Below are positions 9,246 to 19,205 of a stretch of 64,000 nucleotides of DNA, in pieces (position 1 is the first letter of the stretch; each line of letters opens with the position of its first letter). This stretch comes from an uncultured Actinomycetota bacterium. Its GTDB lineage: Bacteria; Actinomycetota; Actinomycetes; JAHEKZ01. The translations under genes and the position numbers were made by a program. The notes under the pieces are model-generated. The model was not told where the DNA came from. It searched no databases and saw only the letters and a list, made by a program, of their open reading frames with translations. The DNA is taken from NCBI GenBank assembly GCA_963726575.1, contig CAVSCR010000005.1, forward strand, positions 369,130-433,129, written 5' to 3'.

Positions 9246-10163
9246 TTAGCGCACAGTTGCCTGGATCGCGGTGAGCAGACGGTCAACACTGCTTGCCAGG
9301 CCCCACTGAGTGCTGAGTTCGGTGAGCCGGTGCGCGTGTTTCGGCGTTGCTTGTAGCGCCGCCGAGACGTCGGGCAGTGGGACGTCGGTGCGGACCCGCA
9401 CAACCGGTCCGGCGGCCACCAGGTAGTCGCGGGCTGCCCGCAAGGCAGGTCCCTTGGGGACGTCGGTGGCCGGGTCGTCGAGCGCGGCGAGGAGCGCATC
9501 GGCCGAGCCGAAGCGGGCGAGCAGGCCGGCTGCGGTCTTCTCACCGACGCCGGCAACGCCGGGCAGACCGTCCGACGCGTCGCCGCGTAGGAGAGCGAGG
9601 TCGGCGTACTGCTGGGGGGGCACGCCGTGGCGCGCCAGAACGGCTGCCTCGTCCATCACCTCGAGCTTGGCGTAGCCGCGTGCGTTGTAGAGGACGCGCA
9701 CACCGCGGGCGTCGTCGACCACCTGGAACAGGTCGCGGTCTCCGGTGACGACGTCCACCGGGTGCGGCCACCGCGCGGCCAGGGTGCCGAGCACGTCGTC
9801 GGCCTCGAAGCCGGAGACCCCGATCCGGGCGATGCCGATCGCGTCCAACACCTGTTCGATCACGGGGACCTGCGGTGAGAGCAGGTCGGGCACCTCCTCG
9901 GTGGCGACACCGGCGACCGCAGCGTCGGCGCCACCCTCGACCCGATGCGCCTTGTACGACGGGATCAGGTCGACGCGCCACTGGGGTCGCCAGTCCGCGT
10001 CGAAGGCGGCGATCAACGACGTGGGCGAGAAGTCGGAGATCAGACGGGCGATCGCATCGAGAAAGCCCCGAACCGCGTTGACGGGGGTGCCGTCGGGTGC
10101 GGTCACCGAGTCAGGAACTCCGTGGAAGGCGCGGAAGTACATCGACGCCGAGTCCAACGCCAT
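9246..10163 (-). CDS. 5'-3' exonuclease (FEN / Pol I N-terminal-like)
   Basis: FEN-family motifs are present (LDSASMYFRAFHGV ... H3TH region GIPGVAGVGEKTAAGLL). The ORF extends to 10244, but the Met at 10163 aligns with family N-termini. The M. tuberculosis Rv2090 orthologue sits next to pepE. Confidence 0.8.
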   Translation of the reverse strand: MALDSASMYFRAFHGVPDSVTAPDGTPVNAVRGFLDAIARLISDFSPTSLIAAFDADWRPQWRVDLIPSYKAHRVEGGADAAVAGVATEEVPDLLSPQVPVIEQVLDAIGIARIGVSGFEADDVLGTLAARWPHPVDVVTGDRDLFQVVDDARGVRVLYNARGYAKLEVMDEAAVLARHGVPPQQYADLALLRGDASDGLPGVAGVGEKTAAGLLARFGSADALLAALDDPATDVPKGPALRAARDYLVAAGPVVRVRTDVPLPDVSAALQATPKHAHRLTELSTQWGLASSVDRLLTAIQATVR

Positions 10164-10236
10164 CAGACGGGCAGATTCGGTCACCCGCCTGACGGTACCC
10201 GTGATCAAACCGGGCGACCGCGCGTACGGTCGGGCC

Positions 10237-10617
10237 ATGGACACGTACCTCGATGACGCCGAGGCCGTCAGGGCCGCCGTGCAGCGCTATGTCGACGCCT
10301 GTCGCGTCGCCGACCCTGAGGCGCTCCGGGCCGCCCTGCACCCAGCCTGGACGATGTACGGCATCGACAGCGACACGGTCGACGTCGCAGCCGCGCCCGA
10401 GGAGTTCGTCCAGTGGCTGCAGGACCAGGAGTCACCGCTCGGCTACCGGGCGAGCATCACTGCGATCGACGTGGCCGGACATGCCGCGTGCGCGACGCTG
10501 GTGGAGGAGAGCTACTACGGGATCGACTACGTCGTGTTCTTCACGTTGATGCGCTACGACGGCAGGTGGCAGGTGGTCACCAAGACCTACAGCGAGATGC
10601 CCCGCGTGCCCGCCTAG
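10237..10617 (+). CDS. NTF2-like / SnoaL-like small protein (hypothetical)
   Basis: A 126-aa ORF begins at the internal ATG and is divergent from the exonuclease. The upstream part of the 290-aa track ORF is antisense to the exonuclease. The fold assignment is tentative. Confidence 0.4.
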   Translation: MDTYLDDAEAVRAAVQRYVDACRVADPEALRAALHPAWTMYGIDSDTVDVAAAPEEFVQWLQDQESPLGYRASITAIDVAGHAACATLVEESYYGIDYVVFFTLMRYDGRWQVVTKTYSEMPRVPA

Positions 10618-10626
10618 AGTGAGCGG

Positions 10627-11745
10627 GTGACCAGCGCCGTCTCCGCCCACCGTCTGCTGCGCGCTCGCGACGCCGCACAGGAGGCCGGAGTCGACGCCTT
10701 GCTGATCTCCCCGGGTCCGGACCTGCGCTACCTCACCGGTTACGAGGCACTACCGCTGGAACGGTTGACCTGCCTGATCGTGCCCGCAACAGGTGACCCG
10801 GTGCTCGTGGCTCCTGCACTCGAGGTTCCGGCCGCCATGGCATCGCCGGTCGCCGACCTGGGGATCGACGTCGTGGGCTGGGTCGAGACCGACGACCCCT
10901 ACGCGCTCGTCGCCTCGTTGCTGCCAGGCACGGTGGCCGACGACGGCACGGTGGCCGTCGACAACACGATGTGGGCGCAGAAGGTGCTGAACCTTCGCGC
11001 GGCCATGCCGGGGGCCCGGCAGGTGCTGGCTGGGCCGGTGCTCCGCGAGCTGCGGATGATCAAGGAAGCAGCCGAGGTCGACGCCCTGCGACAGGCGGCA
11101 TGGGCGATCGACCGGGTGCACGCGCGCGTGCCACAGTTCCTGCGTCCGGGCGTGACCGAGCGCGCGGTCGCCCGCCACATCGCCGAGCTGATCCTGGGGG
11201 AGGGGCACGTCAGCGTCGACTTCGTGATCGTCGGATCGGGGCCGAACGGCGCCAGCCCGCATCACGAGGTGTCCGACCGGGAGTTGCAGGCGGGGGACAG
11301 CGTTCTGGTCGACATCGGCGGCACCATGCCCAGCGGCTATTGCTCCGACGAGACTCGGATGTACAGCCTGGGTCCGCCGGACGAGGAGTTCCTGAGCTAC
11401 TACGCCGTCCTGCACGACGCACAGGCCGCGGCTGTCGCGCACGCCCGTCCGGGCGTCAGCGCGGAATCGGTGGACGCCGCCGCACGCGTCCCCATCAGCG
11501 ACGCGGGATACGGCGAGCACTTCATCCACCGCACGGGGCACGGCATCGGTCTGGAGACGCACGAGGAGCCCTACGTCGTGTCCGGGAACGACGAGCTGCT
11601 GCGCCCAGGAATGGCGTTCAGCGTCGAGCCGGGCATCTACCTGCCCGGTCGCCATGGGGCGCGTATCGAGGACATCGTCGTCGTCACCGAGACCGGGGTC
11701 GAGTCGTTGACCAGGGCGCCACGCGATCTCGTCGTGGTCGACTGA
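10627..11745 (+). CDS. pepE: M24-family Xaa-Pro dipeptidase / aminopeptidase P
   Basis: A creatinase-like N-terminal domain is followed by an M24 catalytic core with metal ligands (HRTGHGIGLETHEEP, E...IE). It corresponds positionally to M. tuberculosis pepE. Confidence 0.8.
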   Translation: MTSAVSAHRLLRARDAAQEAGVDALLISPGPDLRYLTGYEALPLERLTCLIVPATGDPVLVAPALEVPAAMASPVADLGIDVVGWVETDDPYALVASLLPGTVADDGTVAVDNTMWAQKVLNLRAAMPGARQVLAGPVLRELRMIKEAAEVDALRQAAWAIDRVHARVPQFLRPGVTERAVARHIAELILGEGHVSVDFVIVGSGPNGASPHHEVSDRELQAGDSVLVDIGGTMPSGYCSDETRMYSLGPPDEEFLSYYAVLHDAQAAAVAHARPGVSAESVDAAARVPISDAGYGEHFIHRTGHGIGLETHEEPYVVSGNDELLRPGMAFSVEPGIYLPGRHGARIEDIVVVTETGVESLTRAPRDLVVVD

Positions 11746-11768
11746 GCCCGCGGCACGAGGAGGATTCG

Positions 11769-12929
11769 ATGAACGTCGAACGACGCTTCGCGGCCGACGT
11801 CGGGCCAGAGCTGCTCGAACTGGTCCGCGACATCGCCAAGACGACCTTGGCGCCTCAGGTCGAGGACTTCGAGGAACGTCACGCATTCCCCGAACCGGTT
11901 TACCGCACCCTGGGCCGGGCCGGCCTGCTGAGCCTGCCGTTCCCGGAGAAGTTCGGTGGTGGCGGCCTGCCCTATGCCGACTACCTGCAGATCCTCGAGG
12001 AGATCGCCGGCGCTTGGCTGGCCGTCGGGATCGGCGTGAGCGTGCACTCGCTGTCGTGCTTCCCGGTCGCTGCGTTCGGCACGCAGGAGCAGCGCGACCG
12101 TTGGCTGCCAGACATGCTCGGGGGTGAGCAGCTCGGCGCGTACTGCTTGTCCGAGCCGCAGTCGGGTTCCGATGCCGCAGCCCTGCAGACCCGGGCCGTC
12201 CGCGAAGGCGACGAGTACGTGGTCACGGGGACCAAGGCGTGGATCACACACGGTGGCGTCGCCGACTTCTACGAGTTGATGGTGCGTACATCCGACGACG
12301 GTCCGCGCGGCATCTCCTGCCTTCTCGCTGAGGCGAGCACACCCGGTCTGTCCGCCGCCGAGCCGGAGCAGAAGATGGGCGCCTGGTCCTCGCCCACGGC
12401 CCAGATCCGGCTGGAGTCCGCCCGCATCGACGCGGATCGCCTGATCGGCGCCGAGGGCGAGGGCTTCACGATCGCGATGGCGGCGTTGGACGCCGGACGT
12501 CTGGGAATCGCAGCGTGCGCGGTAGGTCTGGCCCAGGCCGCATTGGACGCAGCGGTGGAGTACGCGGGTCAACGCCACCAGTTCGGTCGCGCGATCGCTG
12601 AGTTCCAGGGCCTGCAGTTCCTCCTCGCCGACGCTGCGACCCAGATCGAAGCGGCGCGTGCGCTGTACCTGTCGGCTGCCAGACGACGCGACGCGGGACA
12701 ACCGTTCACCGCTCAGGCGGCTATGGCCAAGCTGTTCGCCACCGACATGGCGATGAAGGTGACCACCGATGCCGTGCAGGTGTTCGGTGGCTACGGCTAC
12801 GTGCGCGACTTCCCGGTCGAGCGGTATTTCCGTGAGGCCAAGGTGCTCCAGATCGTCGAGGGCACCAACCAGATCCAGCGCATGGTGATCGGGCGCCACC
12901 TCACCCGCGGTCAGCGCGGCGGCTCATGA
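11769..12929 (+). CDS. Acyl-CoA dehydrogenase (short/branched-chain type)
   Basis: The gene starts at an internal ATG after the RBS gaggagga. ACAD motifs are present (YCLSEPQSGSDAAAL, GGYGY, QIQR). The 5' part of the 652-aa track ORF is an artefact. The stop overlaps the lrp start (ATGA). Confidence 0.85.
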   Translation: MNVERRFAADVGPELLELVRDIAKTTLAPQVEDFEERHAFPEPVYRTLGRAGLLSLPFPEKFGGGGLPYADYLQILEEIAGAWLAVGIGVSVHSLSCFPVAAFGTQEQRDRWLPDMLGGEQLGAYCLSEPQSGSDAAALQTRAVREGDEYVVTGTKAWITHGGVADFYELMVRTSDDGPRGISCLLAEASTPGLSAAEPEQKMGAWSSPTAQIRLESARIDADRLIGAEGEGFTIAMAALDAGRLGIAACAVGLAQAALDAAVEYAGQRHQFGRAIAEFQGLQFLLADAATQIEAARALYLSAARRRDAGQPFTAQAAMAKLFATDMAMKVTTDAVQVFGGYGYVRDFPVERYFREAKVLQIVEGTNQIQRMVIGRHLTRGQRGGS

Positions 12930-13396
12930 GCCGTCCGGCCGTCGCGGAGCTCGACGACGTCGACCTCGGGATCCTTCGGGCGCTGGCCGCCGACGGGCGG
13001 CTCAGCTACACCGACCTGGCAAAACAGACCGGCCTGAGCACCTCAGCCGCGCACCAGCGGGTACGCCGGCTGGAGGAGCGCGGCGTGATCCGCGGCTACT
13101 CGGCGGTGATCGACGCCGAGGCGGTCGGCCTGTCGCTGACGGCGTTCGTCTCCATCACCCCGTTGGACCGCTCCGACCCCGACGACCTGCCCGACCGGCT
13201 GGCAGGTATCGCCGCCATCGAGGCCTGCCACAGCGTCGCCGGCGACCAGAACTACCTGCTCAAGGTCCGCGTCGCCACGCCGTTGGCCCTGGAGGCGCTG
13301 CTGGCCCAGATCCGTGCGGCCGCCCATGTCGCGACGCGGACCACGGTGGTACTGAGCACCCCTTACGAGAACCGGCCGAGCAGCCTGGCGCCCTGA
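12926..13396 (+). CDS. Lrp/AsnC-family transcriptional regulator
   Basis: An HTH (ILRALAADGRLSYTDLAKQTGLSTSAAHQRVRRLEERGVI) is followed by a RAM/ACT-like C-terminal domain. Confidence 0.85.
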   Translation: MSRPAVAELDDVDLGILRALAADGRLSYTDLAKQTGLSTSAAHQRVRRLEERGVIRGYSAVIDAEAVGLSLTAFVSITPLDRSDPDDLPDRLAGIAAIEACHSVAGDQNYLLKVRVATPLALEALLAQIRAAAHVATRTTVVLSTPYENRPSSLAP

Positions 13397-13403
13397 GCAT
13401 TGC

Positions 13404-14861
13404 TCAGGTGGCGGCCAGCTCCGCTGCGGCGGCAGCCCGCGACGACGCGGCGGCGGCCACCACGTCCGGCGTCACGAGGCCTTCGAGGTGCCCGTGCTCA
13501 CGCCACCAGGCCTGACCCTCGGCCGGCAACGTGTGGATCGGGTCGTAGTACACGTACTTACGGTCTACGGCGTCGGGGTCGTCGCGCTCGACGCTCGTGC
13601 GGTAGTTCTTGCCCCAGTACGACATGCCGAGCACGTCGTCGTACTCGTCGACCTGGTGCACCCAGCGCTTTCCGACGAACGGAACGTCGCAGGTGACGCG
13701 GGGCGTGGCGAACCCCGGTAGATAGCCCATGAGCCCGTGCTGCAGGCGCTGAGCCTCGCCCAGTGACACCCGCCAATGTTCCGCGAACGGAATCATGTCC
13801 ATCATGTAGAAGTAGTAGGGCATGATCCCCGCGCCGTCGAGCAGCGCGAAGCACAGGTCCAGCAGCCGGTCGACCGAGTCGTTGACCCCGCCCATCAGCA
13901 CGCCCTGGTTGCGCACGTCGCGGACGCCCGCGTCGAGCATCGCCCGGGTCGCGTCAGCCACGAGCGGGGTGACCGAGTTGGCGTGGTTGACGTGGGTGTG
14001 GATCGCGATCTGCACGCCTCGGATACGGGCCTTCTGCGTGAGCCGGTGGACGCCCTCGACCACCTCGGGCTGCAACCAGTGCTGCGGCAGGCCCATCAGC
14101 GCCTTGGTCGCCAACCTGATGTCGCGGATGTTCTCGACGTCGAGTACCCGATCGACGAATCCCTCGACGTTCTTCCACGGCATGTTCGCGACGTCGCCGC
14201 CGGAGATGACGACGTCGCGGACCTGCGGGGTCTTCTTCAGGTAGGCGATCATGCCGTCGAGGCGGTCGACCGGCTTCAGGCCGAACTTCATCTTCTCCAC
14301 GGTGGCGGTTGACGTACCGACCAGGTCCATACGCGTGCAGTGTCCGCAGTACTGCGGACACGTCGAGAGCACCTCGGCCAATACCTTGGTGGGGTAGCGG
14401 TGCGTAAGCCCCTCGGCCTGCCACATGTCGTGCTCGTGCAATGAGTCGCGCGTCGCGTAGGGGTGGGATGCCCAGTCAGTGCGCCGGTCGGAGAAGACCG
14501 GCAACATGTAGCGGCGAACCGGGTCGGAGTAGAACGCGTCGGTGAGCTGCGACGGCGTCGGCGCCCCGCCGTCGTGGGAGTCCGGGACCATCGTGTTGAG
14601 CATCTGCGGCGGCAGCAGCATGGCCATGGTGGCCCGCTGCGCCTGGTCCTGCTCGAGGTCGGCGTAGAAACGCTCCTCGAGCAGGTCGCCCATGACGCCA
14701 CGCAGCTGCTTGATGTTCTTCACGCAGTGCGCGCGCTGCCACTGGGCGTCTGCCCACTCCTGCGCGGTGACCGCCGCCCAGGCGGGCAGGCGGGTCCAGT
14801 CCGGCTCCACCAGGGCCCGGTACCGGTACTCGTAGGGCTGCGGCAACGCGTGGTCGCTCAT
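13404..14861 (-). CDS. kamA: Lysine 2,3-aminomutase (radical SAM)
   Basis: A CPQYCGHCTR (CxxxCxxC) radical-SAM cluster motif is present, with KamA-family similarity throughout. The start is assigned to MSDHALP. The gene is convergent with lrp and divergent from kdd. Confidence 0.85.
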   Translation of the reverse strand: MSDHALPQPYEYRYRALVEPDWTRLPAWAAVTAQEWADAQWQRAHCVKNIKQLRGVMGDLLEERFYADLEQDQAQRATMAMLLPPQMLNTMVPDSHDGGAPTPSQLTDAFYSDPVRRYMLPVFSDRRTDWASHPYATRDSLHEHDMWQAEGLTHRYPTKVLAEVLSTCPQYCGHCTRMDLVGTSTATVEKMKFGLKPVDRLDGMIAYLKKTPQVRDVVISGGDVANMPWKNVEGFVDRVLDVENIRDIRLATKALMGLPQHWLQPEVVEGVHRLTQKARIRGVQIAIHTHVNHANSVTPLVADATRAMLDAGVRDVRNQGVLMGGVNDSVDRLLDLCFALLDGAGIMPYYFYMMDMIPFAEHWRVSLGEAQRLQHGLMGYLPGFATPRVTCDVPFVGKRWVHQVDEYDDVLGMSYWGKNYRTSVERDDPDAVDRKYVYYDPIHTLPAEGQAWWREHGHLEGLVTPDVVAAAASSRAAAAAELAAT

Positions 14862-14953
14862 GGGCGGAGGGTACGAAGAAGTTCCGGTCTGAGCAACGAC
14901 CGACCGAAGAATCTCCGGCTCACGACCGGGCAACTGGCAAGAAATGACCCCAT

Positions 14954-16066
14954 GTGGGCCAATCCCGGTCCGATCGACCTGAGATGATCGACCGCGTGAC
15001 CCGCACCACGCCCTCGTCTCCGGTTGGCCTGCACCGGGTGCTGGAGCCGGTGGGGGTCCTGCCGCAGGCAGCCCGGCGGCTGGACGCCGATCCTGACCTC
15101 TGGCCCGACGAGATTCTCATCGAGGTGGCGCGGCTCAACCTCGACGCGGCCAGCTTCCGGCAACTCAGCGAGAAGCATCACGGCGACGGTGACGCGGTCC
15201 GCGCCGAGGTGCTCGCCATCGTTGCGCAGCGGGGCAAGATGCAGAACCCGGTGACCGGGTCCGGCGGCATGCTGGTCGGTACTGTCGCCGAGGTCGGACC
15301 GCAGGCAGGCCTCGACGTCGTCGCCGGAGATCAGATCACCACGCTCGTCTCGTTGAGCCTGACGCCGCTGCGGATCAGCGACGGCCTGCGGAGCTGGGAC
15401 GGACGCAGCGAGCAGGTGCCGTGCGAGGGGACCGCCGTGCTGTTCGGCCGGACCATCGCGGCCAAGGTGCCGAAAGACCTGCCGGCCGACCTGTCGATGG
15501 CCGTCATGGACGTGGCCGGCGCACCAGCCCTGACAGCGCGCGTCGTACGCCGCTACGTGGGGGACGGTCATCCGCCCACCGTCGCCGTGATCGGTGGCGC
15601 CGGTAAGAGCGGGTCGCTGTCGCTCGCCGCCGCGTCCGGCGCGGGGGCCACTCGAACGGTCGGTGTCGTGCCGATCGCAGCTGAGGCGGACCTGCTGCGC
15701 GACGTCGGCCTGGCCGACGAGGTGGCGATCGCCGACGCGCGCGACCCTGTGGCGCTGTCGCAGGCCGTCACGAGTGCGCTGGGCGCACCGGCTGACATCA
15801 CGGTGGTCTGTGTCGATGTCCCCGGTTGCGAGCACGGCGCGATCCTCGCGACCAACCCCGACGGCGGCACCGTCATCTTCTTCTCCATGGCCACGTCGTT
15901 CACGGCCGCCGCACTCGGTGCCGAGGGTCTCGCCGCCGACGTCACGATGCTGGTGGGCAACGGCTACACCCCCGGGCATGCCGACGTCGCCTTCGACCTG
16001 TTGCGCAACGCCAAGGGAGTCCGCGCCCTGTTCGAGCGTCGGCTCGCCCACGAGGGCAAGGCATGA
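14954..16066 (+). CDS. kdd: Putative L-erythro-3,5-diaminohexanoate dehydrogenase (Kdd-like NAD(P) dehydrogenase)
   Basis: A Rossmann motif (VAVIGGAGKSGSL) is present. The gene lies between kamA and kamDE and is coupled by ATGA to the next gene. The family assignment is by context and recollection of the Kdd family, with no search run. The start could be the Met at 14984. Confidence 0.5.
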   Translation: MGQSRSDRPEMIDRVTRTTPSSPVGLHRVLEPVGVLPQAARRLDADPDLWPDEILIEVARLNLDAASFRQLSEKHHGDGDAVRAEVLAIVAQRGKMQNPVTGSGGMLVGTVAEVGPQAGLDVVAGDQITTLVSLSLTPLRISDGLRSWDGRSEQVPCEGTAVLFGRTIAAKVPKDLPADLSMAVMDVAGAPALTARVVRRYVGDGHPPTVAVIGGAGKSGSLSLAAASGAGATRTVGVVPIAAEADLLRDVGLADEVAIADARDPVALSQAVTSALGAPADITVVCVDVPGCEHGAILATNPDGGTVIFFSMATSFTAAALGAEGLAADVTMLVGNGYTPGHADVAFDLLRNAKGVRALFERRLAHEGKA

Positions 16067-17613
16067 CGACGACGCTGTACCTGGGTGGTCGGCTGCACGT
16101 ACCAGGACAACCGCAGGCGACGTCGTTGGTGGACGACGCGGGGTCGATCAGCTGGATCGGGACCGACGCCGATGCCAGCCGCCACGCGGAGGTGGTCGAT
16201 CAGGTCGTCGACCTCGAGGGCCACTTCGTGACGCCGGCCTTCGTCGACGCGCACGTGCACACGACCTCCGCCGGCCTTGCCCTGGTCGGGCTGGACCTGA
16301 GCCGGGCGACCTCCCTGACGGAGGTGCTCGACCTGGTGGAGCAAGTCGCCCGCGATCGTCGCGGATCCGTGGTGCTGGGACACGGCTGGGACGAGTCGAC
16401 CTGGCCCGAACGGCGTCCACCGACGCGTTCCGAGCTCGACCGCGCGTCGTACGGCGGGGTCGTGTACCTGTCGCGCATCGACGTCCACTCGTGCGTGGTG
16501 TCCTCCGCACTGTTGGCAGCGGTTCCGGAGGCCGCGGCAGCAGCCGGCTACGACCCCGATGGTTGGCTGCGCCAGGAGGCGCACCACCCGGTGCGGGCGG
16601 CCGCCTTCGCCTCCGTGACGTCGAGCCAGGCCGCCGCGGCGCGGCGCGCTGCGCGGGAGCACGCGGCGTCGCTGGGGATCGGCTCGTTCCACGAGCTCGG
16701 CGGGCCGGACATCAACGGACCCGACGACTTCGCCGCCGTGCTGATGCAGGCCGAGCAGGAACCCGGCCCCAGCGTGATCGGGTACTGGGGCGCGCTCGGT
16801 GACGACGGCATCGCTGAGGCGAAGGCGATGGGAGCCCGCGGCGCCGCCGGTGACCTGTTCGTCGACGGTGCGATCGGCTCGCGTACGGCCCACCTGTGCG
16901 AGCCGTACGCCGATGCCGACACCTGCGGCACGCAGTACCTCAGCGCCGAGCAGATCCGCGACCATGTGGTCTCCTGCACGCGGGCGGGCCTGCAGGCCGG
17001 CTTCCATGTCATCGGCGACGCGGCGACAGAGTCGGTGGTGAAGGGGTTCCGCGACGCAGCCGCGATCGTGGGCGTTGCCGCGATCCGGGAACGCCGCCAC
17101 CGCGTCGAGCACATCGAGATGCCAGGCGGTGGTATCCAGGTGTTGGCCGACCTGCAGATCCACGCGAGCGTGCAACCACTCTTCGATGCGATGTGGGGCG
17201 GGACCTCGGCGATGTACGCCGACCGGCTCGGCGCCGAGCGCGCGGTCGGTCTGAACCCGTTCGGCGTCATGCACCGGGCCGGGGTGCCGCTGGCGCTCGG
17301 GTCCGACGCTCCGGTCACGGCCATGGGACCCTGGGCAGCGATCCAGGCCAGCGTGAACCATCACGTCCCCGAGTACCGACTGACCGTGTCCGACGCGTTC
17401 GAGGCCCACACCCAAGGGGGGTGGCGCGCGGCAGGCGACGACCGATCGGGGGTCATCGCGCTCGGGACGCCCACGACGTTGGCGATCTGGGGCTGTGACG
17501 CCTTTCCCGACACCGGCCCGGCGGCCACACCCCCGACGTGCTTGCGCACGATCGTCGAAGGACAGACGGTGTACTCCACACAGGCGTCGATCCACGAGGA
17601 CGTGAGCAAGTGA
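16063..17613 (+). CDS. Amidohydrolase-family (amidohydrolase_3-like) metal-dependent hydrolase
   Basis: Metal-binding motifs are present (FVDAHVHT, HVIGD, HRVEHIE, GSDAPV). The ATG overlaps the kdd stop (ATGA). Confidence 0.75.
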   Translation: MTTTLYLGGRLHVPGQPQATSLVDDAGSISWIGTDADASRHAEVVDQVVDLEGHFVTPAFVDAHVHTTSAGLALVGLDLSRATSLTEVLDLVEQVARDRRGSVVLGHGWDESTWPERRPPTRSELDRASYGGVVYLSRIDVHSCVVSSALLAAVPEAAAAAGYDPDGWLRQEAHHPVRAAAFASVTSSQAAAARRAAREHAASLGIGSFHELGGPDINGPDDFAAVLMQAEQEPGPSVIGYWGALGDDGIAEAKAMGARGAAGDLFVDGAIGSRTAHLCEPYADADTCGTQYLSAEQIRDHVVSCTRAGLQAGFHVIGDAATESVVKGFRDAAAIVGVAAIRERRHRVEHIEMPGGGIQVLADLQIHASVQPLFDAMWGGTSAMYADRLGAERAVGLNPFGVMHRAGVPLALGSDAPVTAMGPWAAIQASVNHHVPEYRLTVSDAFEAHTQGGWRAAGDDRSGVIALGTPTTLAIWGCDAFPDTGPAATPPTCLRTIVEGQTVYSTQASIHEDVSK

Positions 17614-19205
17614 GCCCCAGTTCGTCGGCCCGCCGGACCAAGTTGAACTTGGACCCGGTCACCGTTCGGCATGCCCGCAGCCTGGCCCGCAAGGCCGGAC
17701 GTCCGATCGTGAAGCTGGCCACCACGCACACCACCGTCTCGGTGGAGCGTGCAGTGCTGCGGCTGGCCGGGATCACCGGCGCCGATCCCGACGGCGAACC
17801 GTGGGTCAACCACCTGGTCGACGAGGTGCGCGACCAGGTGGGTCTGGAGTCCGGGGTCGCCCTTTCGGTGTGGGACGCGATGCGGTCGGGGGAGTACGCC
17901 GACCTGACCGCCCTCGCCCAGAAGGCCGCGGCCGGGTCGGTCACGTTCCGGCAGCCTGAGGGCCGCTCGGCCACGGCGGCGACGAGCGCCGCACGCAAAC
18001 AGGTCGCGCGGGGATTCGCCCGGATCGACCGAAACCGCAAGGTCCGCGAACGTCTCATCGCCAAGTACGGCAACCCGCCCAAGCCCTGGGTCTACCTCAT
18101 CGTGGCCACGGGCGACATCTACGAGGACATGCCGCAGGCACAGGCAGCAGCGCGAGAAGGCGCCGACGTCGTCGCGGTCATCCGGTCCACCGGACAGTCC
18201 CTGATCGACTTCGTGCCCGAAGGTGCGACCCGCGAGGGATACGCGGGCACCTATGCGACGCAGGAGAACTTCCGGTTGATGCGCGCGGCGCTGGACGAGG
18301 TCTCCGGCGAGCTCGGTCGCTATGTCCGCCTGACCAACTACGCGTCGGGACTGTGCATGCCCGAGATCGCGACGTTGGCAGGACTCGAGCGGCTCGACAT
18401 GATGCTGAACGACTCGATGTACGGGATCTTGTTCCGCGACATCAACCCGATCCGGACGTTCGTCGACCAGCGGTTCAGTCGTCAGGTGCACGCCCGGGCC
18501 GGCATCATCATCAACACCGGCGAGGACAACTACCTGACGACAGCGGACGGCATCGAGGCAGCCCACACCGTGACCGTGAGCCAGCTGCTGAACGAGTTCT
18601 TCGGGAAGGAAGCCGGGCTCGCCGACTGGCAGCTCGGGCTCGGCCACGCGTTCGAGATCAACCCAGACGTCCCCGAGTCGTTCCGCCTGGAGCTGGCACA
18701 CGCTCTGCTGGCGCGCGAGCTGTTCCCGAATGCGCCACTGAAGTGGATGCCTCCGACCAAGCACATGACCGGTGACGTGTTCCGGGGGTTCCTGCTCGAC
18801 GGGTTCTTCAACTTGATCGGCTCGTTGACCCAGCAGGGCATCCTGCTCGTGGGCATGATGACCGAGGCGGTCCACACCCCGTGGCTGTCCGACCGAGACC
18901 TCGCGCTGCAGAACGTGCGCTACGTCTTCAACGCCACCGGCGCGCTTCACGAGGACTTCAACCCCGCACCCGACGGGCTGATCGTCCAACGCGCCCACCA
19001 AGTGCTGGCCGAGGCGGTCGAGCTGCTCGACGACATCGTCGACGACGGGCTGCTGAACGCCATCGGCGACGGCACGTTCGGGTTGATGAAGCGGCCCTCC
19101 GACGCCGGTCGAGGGCTCGAGGGCGTGGTCAAGCGCGGTCCGGACTACTACAACCCGGCCTCTGAGCTGCTCGACGCAGGGTTCGCAGCAGGAGGCTCCC
19201 GATGA
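17610..19205 (+). CDS. kamD: Lysine 5,6-aminomutase alpha subunit (beta-lysine / D-lysine 5,6-aminomutase KamD)
   Basis: The ~530-aa product has a TIM-barrel subunit signature. Its GTG start overlaps the upstream stop (GTGA). It is immediately followed by the B12-binding beta subunit. Confidence 0.8.
   Translation: MSPSSSARRTKLNLDPVTVRHARSLARKAGRPIVKLATTHTTVSVERAVLRLAGITGADPDGEPWVNHLVDEVRDQVGLESGVALSVWDAMRSGEYADLTALAQKAAAGSVTFRQPEGRSATAATSAARKQVARGFARIDRNRKVRERLIAKYGNPPKPWVYLIVATGDIYEDMPQAQAAAREGADVVAVIRSTGQSLIDFVPEGATREGYAGTYATQENFRLMRAALDEVSGELGRYVRLTNYASGLCMPEIATLAGLERLDMMLNDSMYGILFRDINPIRTFVDQRFSRQVHARAGIIINTGEDNYLTTADGIEAAHTVTVSQLLNEFFGKEAGLADWQLGLGHAFEINPDVPESFRLELAHALLARELFPNAPLKWMPPTKHMTGDVFRGFLLDGFFNLIGSLTQQGILLVGMMTEAVHTPWLSDRDLALQNVRYVFNATGALHEDFNPAPDGLIVQRAHQVLAEAVELLDDIVDDGLLNAIGDGTFGLMKRPSDAGRGLEGVVKRGPDYYNPASELLDAGFAAGGSR

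Noticed and set aside
10971-11768. 5' extension of the acyl-CoA dehydrogenase track ORF (652 aa)
   Set aside because: The extension overlaps pepE in another frame and has biased RGA-rich composition. The ACAD homology and an RBS begin at the internal ATG at 11769.
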